Positions 1 to 11,156 of a stretch of 64,000 nt of DNA are shown here, in pieces. Position numbers and translations under genes: made by a program. This stretch comes from Mobula hypostoma (Eukaryota): assembly GCF_963921235.1 (NCBI RefSeq), contig NC_086097.1, positions 183,398,001 through 183,462,000 of the forward strand, read 5' to 3'. Under the pieces are notes generated by a model. That model saw nothing but the letters and a program-made list of their open reading frames with translations. It searched no databases and had not been told where the DNA came from. Within the stretch, counting starts at the first letter, position 1. Every line of letters begins with the position of its first letter.

Positions 1-283
1 TAACAAAGTAATAAATATACCACATTGGCTAAGAAATAAGAATCTGGAAATGCATCTTTCTTTTGAGAGTAACATGACAGACTTTTTATTGGTTCTGTCA
101 GTCTAGGTACATTTCAATTTTTAAATTGTTTTTGATGTTTTAATGTGCATAAAAATAAGTTTATAAAAATGTTGCTAATTGATGAAAATTGTTAGGTGGT
201 CTTGGTATTTGAGAATCCCAAAGTTAGCCTGCTTCCTATTCTTATTGTTACAGGTTTGACATTTGTCAATTATTTTCTTGCAG

Positions 284-353
284 TCTATAAAAGTTCGCTT
301 TAAGACGCTTGTCTTGGTGTCTTCTGTTTCTCAAAGGCAACTTCTCTTTGGTG
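284..353 (+). other. RBM12B: Candidate 5'UTR exon of RBM12B
   Basis: Polypyrimidine acceptor ttttcttgcag (ends 283) and consensus donor TG|GTAAGT (354) upstream of the coding exon. Supported by splice signals only. Confidence 0.45.
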
Positions 354-649
354 GTAAGTGTTTTGGAGAAGGGGGTTGATTTTAAAGTACCATCCTGACT
401 GGTTTAATACATTGCATTTGTTATTGTTACATAAATTCTTCAGAGAATTTTTCAATGAACACTTTCTATTTATACAGTAAGGAAATCTGGAACAAAAAAA
501 TTACTTTCCTTATGAATTTGTTATTTTGAAACTGGAGCTTCTGTTACAGAGCTCTTGTTTCCTTTTTTGCCTTGAGTACTTATTCAGCGGATGGTCAGTT
601 CTTGTTGACTAGAAAAATGATAAATGTCTGTCAGCAAGTGTTGAACTTA

Positions 650-837
650 AACAACAGGAATTCTGCAGATGCTGGAAATTCAAGCAACACACATCAAAGT
701 TGCTGGTGAAAGCAGCAGGCCAGGCAGCATCTGTAGGAAGAGGTGCAGTCGACGTTTCAGGCCAAGACCCTTCGTCACTGACTGCACCTCTTCCTACAGA
801 TGCTGCCTGGCCTGCTGCGTTCACCAGCAACTTTGAT
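650..837. mobile_element. Short fold-back Penelope-like insertion with a truncated hammerhead motif
   Basis: 58-bp inverted arms 693-750 / 780-837 (1 mismatch). Direct repeat AAGTGTTGAACTTA at 636-649 and 838-851. Same start (AAACAACAGGAATTCTGCAGATGCTGG) as the 60938 element. Confidence 0.8.
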
Positions 838-2185
838 AAGTGTTGAACTTATTCTTGTTTTAATGCAAGTATTTAGTTGAATTACTATTTCTGGTTATAT
901 CAATGTAGTCTAGGATTCTAAGTATATTCTGCGTTATTGTTTTTTTCAATTGTGCAAAAATATAAAGTAATATTGAAATTGGTATTACAATTTATAAACT
1001 TTTCCAGCCTATTTCAGTTATTTTAACTTCAATTTAGAAGTGTATTCTAATGATCCTTAATCCCAGTGATGCTGTTTTTCTTTTGCAGTTCTCTGATGTT
1101 AGAAAACGTACCATTTGAGTCGGTATTGGATCTTTTTATTGCAGGTTAATAAAAATAACAATTCAGAACTTGAATAAATAGTTAAGACCTTTTCATTCAG
1201 AGTATTATGGACAAAAATAATCTTCTGAAAATCATAAACTTAATTTAAGAAATGGGATTTAGGTTTTATAAAATGTTGCATTCTTTAAGTGGGAATTTGG
1301 TATGCGTGTTGTCGTCTGAACTTGCCTCCGAATTGATGTAAAGTGCAATCCGTGGTACCTGATGTTCTCACTATTGTGAAAAATGTGAGGATCATCATCA
1401 CAGTCTAATAAATTATTTCTCAAGATGTTTGCTGGATTGCTACCTACTTTCTGAATTTTTTCATTGCCTGTAATTATTAAAGTAGATTGAAATTGGCATG
1501 GTTGTGGAACTGCTTGCTCTTTCATGGTATTTTACATCTAATTTTTATTTGATCACCTAGAGTAAGCAAACCAGGTTACTGTTTGAGAAAAGTAATATTG
1601 CACCTAGTGTTAGCAGAATGTTAATTGGTTAAGAGATGAAGAAAAGATTTGATATTCTGTACATTCTTAACAGGAGCCTAAGGAAGAAGTTGATAAATTA
1701 TGGTCATTTTTGTAGAATTTTATTTGTTTTTTAAGAAATGGGTCTTTTACTCATTGGGGAAAGAAGAGTAGAGTAGAAGTAAACTGGATGTGACTGGGTA
1801 GTTACACATTTGCTATTCACCATGAATTTCATTCCACTTGATACTAGTAAACTACAGTTTAGCTTTTCTCATATTAAATAGAATTTCAGCTGTTCTTCAG
1901 GCCTAGTGTTGCATTGATGTGGCAGAGTAGTTATCTTCCGAATTTTCGAATGTAACTCCATTTGGTCTTGGTTAATGAGTTGAGGGTTCTTGAAATTTGC
2001 CTTTTTTTAAACTTGATATCTTATGTTAAAAATTATTGTGCAGAGTAAGAAGAATTTGCTTCATTTTGTTTGCGCATTTCTCACTTATTATTTAATGAAG
2101 TACCCAGAAACTTTTGAAATAATTTGACGTCATCCTGTGTGCCTTTCTTGCTTGCAGGTGACTTTTTCTATTGATCAAGCTCAGC

Positions 2186-4396
2186 ATGGCTGTGGTTATC
2201 CGCTTGCAGGGGCTCCCAGTTTCTGCAGGAACCTTGGATATTCGTCACTTCTTCTCTAGATTAACCATTCCTGATGGAGGGGTGCATATTATTGGTGGTG
2301 AACTGGGAGAGGCATTCATTGTGTTTGCCACGGATGAAGATGCTCGGCTTGCCCTGATGCGGTCGGGTGAAATTCTCAAAGGGAACAGAGTAAAGCTAAC
2401 ACTAAGTAGCAGAATTGAAATGCAGAATATAATTGAAATGAGTCGTAAGCAATATACACGCACTGGTGATGTGACCAACTCTGGAAGGTTGGGATTGAAC
2501 AATACTGGCACAAGTGGGTTAGGTAACATATCTTCTACACTAGCTGTGAACTTGGTTTCGGCTATGCAGCAAGGAGTCAATAGAGGTTCATTTCATCCCA
2601 GTGATATTGGAAATTCTGATATGGACAACTATGGCTCTCGCATGGATCCCATGATGAGTGGTACTGTGTCCACCATGGCATTATCTTCACAGAATCTTGC
2701 AGTTGGTCCAGCTCACTCTATGTCTACATTATTTGGCATGACTTCCAGAGGATTGGGAGGTAGTTCTGATAAATTTAATGGCTCTACTTCAGTGGATCCC
2801 TCTGCTGATTCAATTTACAGTCAATTAAGAGAACCAAGAGCATCTTTTAATTCTGATCATCTTTATTTACGTCTGAAAAGTATGCCCTATTCTGTAAGGG
2901 AGCAGCAAGTAAGAGAATTCTTCCATGACTTACAAATTGAATCAGTTCGTCTAATGAAGGATTATTGGGGCCTAAGTAACGGAGAGGGTTTAGTTCGATT
3001 CGCCAGTGCTTGGGATGCAACAGAAGGATTAAAACGTCACAAACAATACATGGGGCAAAGATTTGTTCAGGTCTTTCGAGCTACAGAAGCAGAATGGCTT
3101 TCTGAAGGAAATGATTTATTTGTAGAAGATACTCATTCTGATATAAACCAAGGAAATAGAGGTCAGTCCCCTCCTCGCGAAGAAAAATATCATTCCCGAA
3201 GACGATCAAGATCACCACGAAGGCGCAGATCACGATCTCGTTCTCCTTACGATCAAAATTTTTATGTGCAACTAAAAAATATGCCCTATGGTATTTCCAA
3301 AAGAGATGTGCAAAATTTCTTTGAGGATTTGAACATTGCAGATGATCAAATTTATCTTCTATATGATCTTGATCGTAAAAGTACCAAGGAAGGCTTTGTG
3401 AAGTTTAAAAGTGCTGTTGAGCATCGGAAAGCTCTAAGGTATCATAAAGAATGTATCAGAAACCGTGCAGTTTATGTTTATCCCATCTCTAAGAAAGGCA
3501 TGTTGGACTTTATGGACCATGTCAAGAAGCAAAGATCAAGAGAAAGGTCAGCTTTTAACATTGAAGATAAAAGGTCCCTGTCAAGAGAAGAGGCTTATTC
3601 CTCATCAAGATTGTACATTTATGCCCGTAACCTTCCTTTTGATGTCTCCAAATCTGAGATTCGTAAATTTTTTGAAGGTTTTGGTGTGGCTGATTATGGA
3701 ATCCATATACTTGTTGATAGTAATGGCATTGGATTAGGGGAGGCTGTGGTCAAGTTCAAGTCTGAGGATGAAGTACTAAGGGCTGAGTGCTTATATGGTA
3801 AAAAGCTTGGAGGAAGAGAAGTTTTGCTAAAGCCAATTTCTTCACAAGAGATATTTGAACTTGGTGTTGGTTCTGTGCATGAAAGAACCAAAAGCCAGAA
3901 GGAGTGGGACTATTTTGGTTCTTATAGTAGTGGTGGTGATCATTCTTTGTCTCTTGATATGCATGAATCATCTGAGCCTTTCGAACCTTCCAGTGGTTTG
4001 GGTTCTGTGCCCTCCATGCAAAGACCAAGATATAGCCAAGAAGAAGAATTTTACAGAGGATTCGACATGAGAAATGACACTTCTGGAGGCTACACTGGAG
4101 GTGGATTTGGATCTGGATTTGATTCAGGCTGTCAAAGTAATATGAGAATGTCCAGTGGCAATGCTCTTGTGAAGGCTTTTAACCTCCCTTTCAAAATCTC
4201 GGTTAATGAAATACTGGATTTCTTCTATGGCTATCGTGTTATTCCTGATTCTGTCACCGTACGGTACAATGAGAAGGGTTTACCTGCTGGTGATGCTGTT
4301 ATTGCATTTGAAACAGTTGATGAAGCGGTGGCTGCTGTTCGAGAACTGAATGAAAAGCCAATTGGACAAAGGAATGTCAAACTAACCTTGCTATAA
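2186..4396 (+). CDS. RBM12B: RNA-binding motif protein 12B (736 aa, five RRM-type domains, RS-rich linker), single coding exon
   Basis: ATG at 2186 gives MAVVIRLQGLP...DIRHFF...GEAFIVFATDEDAR, the RBM12-family N-terminus. Splice acceptor cttgcag| at 2157. C-terminal RRM NLPFKISVNEILDFFYGYRVIPDSV...VKLTLL and RSRSP motif resemble RBM12B. Tail-to-tail position with CIBAR1 matches the RBM12B locus. Confidence 0.93.
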   Translation: MAVVIRLQGLPVSAGTLDIRHFFSRLTIPDGGVHIIGGELGEAFIVFATDEDARLALMRSGEILKGNRVKLTLSSRIEMQNIIEMSRKQYTRTGDVTNSGRLGLNNTGTSGLGNISSTLAVNLVSAMQQGVNRGSFHPSDIGNSDMDNYGSRMDPMMSGTVSTMALSSQNLAVGPAHSMSTLFGMTSRGLGGSSDKFNGSTSVDPSADSIYSQLREPRASFNSDHLYLRLKSMPYSVREQQVREFFHDLQIESVRLMKDYWGLSNGEGLVRFASAWDATEGLKRHKQYMGQRFVQVFRATEAEWLSEGNDLFVEDTHSDINQGNRGQSPPREEKYHSRRRSRSPRRRRSRSRSPYDQNFYVQLKNMPYGISKRDVQNFFEDLNIADDQIYLLYDLDRKSTKEGFVKFKSAVEHRKALRYHKECIRNRAVYVYPISKKGMLDFMDHVKKQRSRERSAFNIEDKRSLSREEAYSSSRLYIYARNLPFDVSKSEIRKFFEGFGVADYGIHILVDSNGIGLGEAVVKFKSEDEVLRAECLYGKKLGGREVLLKPISSQEIFELGVGSVHERTKSQKEWDYFGSYSSGGDHSLSLDMHESSEPFEPSSGLGSVPSMQRPRYSQEEEFYRGFDMRNDTSGGYTGGGFGSGFDSGCQSNMRMSSGNALVKAFNLPFKISVNEILDFFYGYRVIPDSVTVRYNEKGLPAGDAVIAFETVDEAVAAVRELNEKPIGQRNVKLTLL

Positions 4397-7300
4397 GTTT
4401 AGTGGAACCTGACGTTTTTTAATGAACAGATTTTAGATTCTCTGAAGTAAAATGCAGATACTGTCTGGCCGTTGGTTCCACTGAATGAATAACTTAATGA
4501 GTTGCTATCATTTGTAACTTTCAGGCAAATATGATTCGTGTTGAAGTTGGTCTTTGTTTCAGGAGTTACCAGAAAATAGTTGGTTCTGGTTTAACTACTT
4601 TGGGGTATATTATATTTTGTCTTGATTGCTATAGTTTACAAGATTATATTCTAATGTTCAGTTCCTTTGATTTGATGGGGTTTGAAAGTTAAATGCTGTT
4701 GTCATATAGATGGTTTGGAAGTAAACGTGAGTAGTTTAGCATGCAGAAATTCTGCATCAGTTTTATTTTTCACTGTAAAAGGATGATTGAGTGAAATCTT
4801 TTAAACTCCATCCTGAACAATACTGTGTAACTTTTTTAAACCTTCGATTTTGTTTTCTGCTTACCCTGGTTTTATTTAAGGAGGGTAAGTGGTTCTGAGG
4901 TGGACATGTACTGACCAAATTTTATTCTAACCATGCCCTTAATATTAATGCGTAATTTCATTAATTGACTTAAAAGCATATGTGCATTGTGTCAATCAAC
5001 AAAATGGAGACCAGGTCAGCTGGTATAAAAATGATCAATTAGATCACTAAGAATTAGTTTATTTGAAACCACTACAAAAAAAAGATTCTATTTTCCCCTT
5101 GTATATTGAAGGAATATATAAATGACTTGCTTTTTGAATAAGATATAGCTTATTGGTCAAGCATATAAGTGTGTATTTTATTCAGTCTCTTGCCAAATAA
5201 GGGTGTCTTGTTAGTGAAAAAATATGAAAACTGGTCCCTAAACATTATTTGTTTAGCAGCATAGGAAGTTACTTACAAGTGTTTGTTTAAGGTTGTGGAG
5301 TAAGGTAGTGCAGTTCCATACCTAAAAAACCGAATTAATACATGTTTCAAAGTTATTCCCTCTAATTATATGAATTTGTACAGTGTGATTCTTGTCAAGA
5401 AAGACAGCAGGAATTTAATTTTTGCATTTGTAGGCTTGTTTAAGTTTCAATTAAAAATCTTGAATATCTTACTGGATTTGTGTTTACTCAAACATCTTGT
5501 GTTGTGTCGGGTTAAGGTAGCGAATTTCATAGTAAGTTTCTTGTGGTTTTTATATTTTAAGAACACACTTAACCATATTTCATGTTTTAAAGATCCTGCA
5601 AAAGTTGTATTTTCTATTTGCACTTATTCTATACATTTTTCCCAATCTAATTTCATTGGATACTAGATGGATCAGCTAATATGTGGTATGCATTTTCTGG
5701 TAGGTTTATTTGAATGAAATAGGTTCTTTTGAAGCAGCTTTTTGTTAGATGTGAAGTGAGCAAACAAACATTTCTTGCTAGGCGAGAATATTCAAGTTAT
5801 GAAGCACAGGATCATGCTAGTTACTTAGGTGTTTTTTTTAATGTGATGCCAGCAGTAAAAACTAGCTGGAAAATTACTGACTTCACAACTCTGAAAATAC
5901 TATTTTACAGACGATCGGCATTGATGCAAATACAGCAAAATAAATTCAAATAATTTAGGTGAATTATATTTGTCATCTTCCTGTTATGTCATGTAAAAAT
6001 AATAGGTGATATTTATTTGTACTTTATAAATTGTAAGCACTGTGTTTTCTCAGAGTATCTATCTGTTTGCTTCAGAGAGTGTGAGTGAATGGCAAGTGAA
6101 CACTTTTGAGATACAAATAGCCTTTCTTTCGTAAGTTGTTTTGAAATAAACTTGGTTTTGTGTTCAGTAATCTTGGAATTGCCCTTCCTGGGAAGGCTGG
6201 CATTTATTACTGACCTCATATTTCCTATTGAGAATATTTGCCTTGATTGCCTCATGTAGCAATATCCTGGTCCTGATACTCACTTTAAAACAACTACTTT
6301 TATTTATATAAGGTATGACACTAGCCTCTAGAAGTTTTCCCCGAGTCGTATTCTCTTCGAGGCCAACTGTAACATCAAAGAACCAGAATCAAGTGAATAA
6401 TCACAAGTCTGCTTCAGAAATTTTGTTCTTGCATTTGTATTTTGACTAAGGTTCTAATATGGTTTTAAACTTAGTTATCTTACAGAACCCAAATTATGAT
6501 TGGTGAGCAGGCTATTAGGTTGTTGTGGCCTTGCACTATTTCCAACCCTCAGAAAATGGGAGTAAATTGATGTGATTGGCTACGTTAAATGCAACCAGCT
6601 TTGGTGGCAAGGTTTGAGGAATGCTCACATGGACCTAGATTTTATAAATTGTTGGTGAACAATGGTGTTACTGCTTTATGAAACAGTTTAACCGGGAGTT
6701 TAGCTTGTTCTGAAGTTAATGTCTGCGATACTGTAGCTGGAATGTTGTCAGGGCTTTGGCTGCTGTAATGATAGAAGCAGAGAATGATCATGCAGTTGTA
6801 ATTTCTGGTGGATAATGTTGGTGGTTACCTGGATTCTATGAGAGTTACTATCTACTTGATTTCTTGTAGGTGGTGTTGCAAATACCAGCTATGTTTCGAC
6901 TTTGCATGTTAGTCATAGATGAACTCTAGCCTCTTCATTTCATTATTTTGTGCATGTGACCAACACTAGGTTCGTCCTAAACGTAGCAGAGTTTCAGAGC
7001 TTTGACCCAATCTAGAGATTGCCTGGTTCAGAAAATGACACGTTTTTTAAAGCTTGCATGTGGGTAGTCCTGTAACCTCCCTTTGGCAAAACTGAAAATA
7101 AAATGTTGCTTTTTGTGTAGTCATCTATATTCTTAAGTGAAATGGATCTACCTGTTTTGCTATGCAAGGCAATGAAAATTATAAATATCTAGGTCCATAT
7201 AGTTGCTGGTTTGATAGAAAAGGTGTAAAATAGAAAATCAGAGATTTTTTATAGAAAATTTTTTTAAGGATTTAATTCTGTGTGCAGTAAATGAGTTTTA

Positions 7301-7620
7301 TTAATTTTCAGAGGTCCTTTTTAATTATTCTTCGTTTTGCAGCACCACAGTTATTTTTTATAAGACACACCATTGTCATTTCATTCATTTTGGATTCAAG
7401 TCTTTACACATCTTTGGCATTTACTTGCTTGTATTTAATTGCATTTATTAAATTGGAGAAGAAACTTGACAGTGTACTGAATTGTCCCAGCCCCTCTTTT
7501 TCCCACTCTTCCACCTATTCAAGAGAGTAGGGCCAAATTCTACTTGATGGACATTTTTCTTTAATGACGACTTTGGCTTGGCATCAGACAGACTTAGAAA
7601 AATGTTGATCGTAAGATAAT

Positions 7621-8105
7621 AATGACAAGATATAGGAATACAATTCGGCCATTTGACCCATCGAGTCTGTTCTGTTATTCCATCATGAAAGATTTATTAG
7701 CCTCTCAACCCTATTCTTCCTTCTCCCGATAACTTTTGATGTCCTGACTAATCAAGAACCTATCAACTTCCACTTCAAATATACCCAAAGACTTAACCAA
7801 TGAATTCCACAGATTCACTGTCCTCTGGGTAAAGAAATTCCTCCTTATCTCTGTTCTAAAGGGATATCCTTCTGTTCCGAGGATGTTATCTTTGGTCCTA
7901 GAATCCCCCACTATCCTAGAATCCTCTCCACATCCACTCTGCCTCAGCCTTCCAGTATCCGATGGGTTGCAATAAGATCCACTTTCTTTCTTCTAAACTC
8001 TGGTGAGTACCCGCCCAGAGCCATCAAACGCTCTTCATATGTTAATCCTTTCATTCCCGGGATCAGTCTTGGGAACCTCCTCTGGACCCTCTCCAGTGCC
8101 AGCAC
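7621..8105 (-). mobile_element. CR1 LINE 3' fragment
   Basis: Encodes LALERVQRRFPRLIPGMKGLTYEERL and RRNFFTQRTVNLWNSL; CR1 3' tail. Confidence 0.9.
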
Positions 8106-9214
8106 AAGTGCCATGTTCAGATATTCAGAAGTCAAAATTAAAAATGAGGTGCACAAGTTTTTGATAAGATCTGAATTGCACTTTAAACAAAACAAAAACT
8201 TTATTTCATATCCATGGAGATCTAAACTGGCACAGCATCTGCAGGTAGATTGCTTAGTGTAAGTGCTAGAGAGCTGCAAAATTTAACAGTCTGCCAGTAA
8301 AGTCCATGAGGAGACATTTACGAAGTATATCTGGAGATGGCCTGTTTCCGTGCTGTAATTGTTATATGGAAAAATGCTGATAAAGGTTGGTCAGTATTTT
8401 GAGGGAATTCCCAAACCTCATGCCATTTTCTTGCAACATTGTGCCGTTACATTTAATGTATTTTTAAAGGGACTTGTACAATTACTCACTTTTTTTAATA
8501 ATCAGACATTTTTCAAAAGTTACTTTTTTGAACACTCAAGCCTCTTTAAATTGTAAAGTAACTTTGTAAATAATGTTCAATGACTTAAAAATAGTCAAGA
8601 TCCACTTAACATTTTTATGTGGTTTAATGAGATTTGTACAGCATGTAAAAATACTGTACTTAAACCTTGGTGGTTTTGATAAAATTCACATTGATGAATA
8701 GAGTTCAGTTAGAACAACCTTTTAGTTTGATCTCTGATGGTAAATTTTGTCAGACTTGGAGCATACTTTGTTCCAATATCCAGATGAAAAAAGATGCTTT
8801 TATCACTGTTTTGATAATTCATAAATTGGGAAGTACTCCACTGGTGAATAATTGTGATTCTTTTATACTGAAAGTTTACAGCCAACATTTATCTTTAAAA
8901 ACATTAAGCTTGTGATTATATTTACATCAACTGTGAAGGTCACTTTCATGGGTCTTGAATTCTATGGGATTAGTCATCACCTGACCCACAATGTGCTCTT
9001 TGTGAATCCACCTGTTGGTGTGTAATAATTTGTGCAATAGCATTCATCATCCATTAGCTATCATCAATACAAAGGGCAGTATAATCACAGGTAAATTGGA
9101 TAGTGCAAGTATATAAAATGTAGTAATATCATTCCCTGGTGGCTAAATAAATAAGGTAAAACAATTTATTCTGCAATGAGTAATTATTTCATATAAATGA
9201 GTGAACAGGTTTAC

Positions 9215-9900
9215 ACTGAAATAAAATCTGACAAGATACCATAGATTGGAAAAACTCAGGTCTGGCACTGTCTGTGGGAAAACAGAGACATGTTGGCACA
9301 GAGAGAGAAAAACAAGTCAGTTTTAAATTGTAGAGAAGAGGTGGGACAAAAGGGTTATCTGTAAGAGGGTGATGCATTGGTAGGCTTTGGGATAGGTGGA
9401 GGAGTTCTATTAGTTGGGACAGATGTGCATTTGGAGGGTGCTAATGCAACAATCTAAGGTGTTGCAGATATCAGCTGTGTTATATATTTGCTCTAGAAAG
9501 AAAGAGGGTAAAATTGAGTCAAAATCACATTTTTGACTTGCAGTAGAAATGGCTTGTTCTGATATAAAGAATGAAAATGTGTTTTGAAACTTGGAAAATT
9601 TAACATTTACTGTAGGGAGATTGAGGTGCTGTTCCAAAAGCTTGTATCAGGTCTTGAGATAGCAAGAGGCCATTTAGAGATTAGAGTGGGATTGGGGTTG
9701 AGAATTAAAATAGAAGGCAGCAGGAAATGTTATTGTCATCCTTATCGCCAGAACTTGGCTACTTTGCAGAAAGTGATCACCTGATCGTGTTTTGGTTTCT
9801 TCAATGTAGAAAAGACCACATTGTCAATACTGAGAGTAGTATACTTGATTGGAAGAAGTACAAGTGAATCAATCACTACTGGCAGGACTTTTTGGGTCTT
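9215..9900 (-). mobile_element. Highly decayed Penelope-like fragment
   Basis: Minus-strand EQHLN...NVKFSKF resembles the Penelope GIY-YIG C-terminus. Degraded terminus similar to the other Penelope-derived copies in the window. Confidence 0.45.
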
Positions 9901-11156
9901 TGGATAGTGGACCTTATACACCCTAATAAAGTGCACAAATATAATTATTTTCCTTCATGTATTTTGTAGGCAGATGGACTTAACAGACAATTTATTTCAA
10001 AATTTTGTCTAGAATTTTACAGAATGCTTAGAATTTCACAGGATAGTTACTGTCAGTGACCTAGTTCAAGTGAATAATATGGGCTAGTAGTATGACTTAT
10101 AACATAGCATATAAAAATCAACTTTGATCATGTCTGCATTAAATCGTCTCTGTTATCCAGTACGAACACTCAGTTTGCGTTTGTTTGTTACCACTTTCTT
10201 GATGCAAATCAATGCGGATTAAAAGTAATAAAAAGGTGCCTTGTGTGCACATCTGTCAAAGGATATGTAGACTGGATAAATGGCATGTCAGTTTCTGATC
10301 TAGTAAATAACAAATATATTGACAAATTTCTTGAATATTAAGCATGTTTTTGCAGAACTAAAATAATTTGTAGAAGAAAAATTTTCCCTTCCACTCAAAT
10401 GTGAGATAAATTGTGCTGACTTGAAAATTAGCTTACCTCACATCTGAACATTTTGTGCAAAATTTGTGTGTGGTGCTGTCCCTGGCTTGTGGGTGGAAAA
10501 GGCCTTGTAACTCTGAAGCTGATTTGTAATAAAATCAAAGTTCTCAGAATAAATTTGGGTGAAGACCACGTCTCTTAAAATATGGTTGTTTTACTTGGTG
10601 AAATTAGAAGTAGTTCTGCATTCCAGTAAGAAATATTCTTAGAATTTATGTTCTTGGACCCATTTTATGAAACTAAAAAGGAGAAGTTGCTTTACTTTTT
10701 GTTCACAATTGGTCATTGTTCTGTTACAGGCATCTCTTCTGGATATTTCTGGATGGATGGTTTACTCTTCCCAATGGGTGGCTGGGGATCATAAGAACAG
10801 AAGATTTGATTTATCTTGTTATTGTTTTGACAAACCGGCAGGGTATTCCATTATTTAGTTGATGATCTAAGATTGAATATTGTCCATCCTTTAAAAAAAA
10901 TTGGAACTGTTTATACCAGTGAAACTTGGAATAACTTCATTAACCATTCTTTTAAAAATGCAGAAATTTACTTAAGTGTGGAAAAAAAAGGTGAAAAATC
11001 TCCTCAGATAATTCTGTGGATATCGCTGAGTATGGCAGAACAGAAACACCCATTAAGCAAGTTTTTTTTAAACTGTAATATTTAAATTTTACACTTGCTC
11101 ACCGTTGAATGTGCGCACATCACAGATGGGCATAATGTGATACGAACTTAATTATA

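Noticed and set aside
2171..2185. ORF-track start (TTG, MIKLS extension) of RBM12B
   Set aside because: Non-ATG start. The family-conserved N-terminus MAVVIRL begins at ATG 2186 in good context (AGCATGG).
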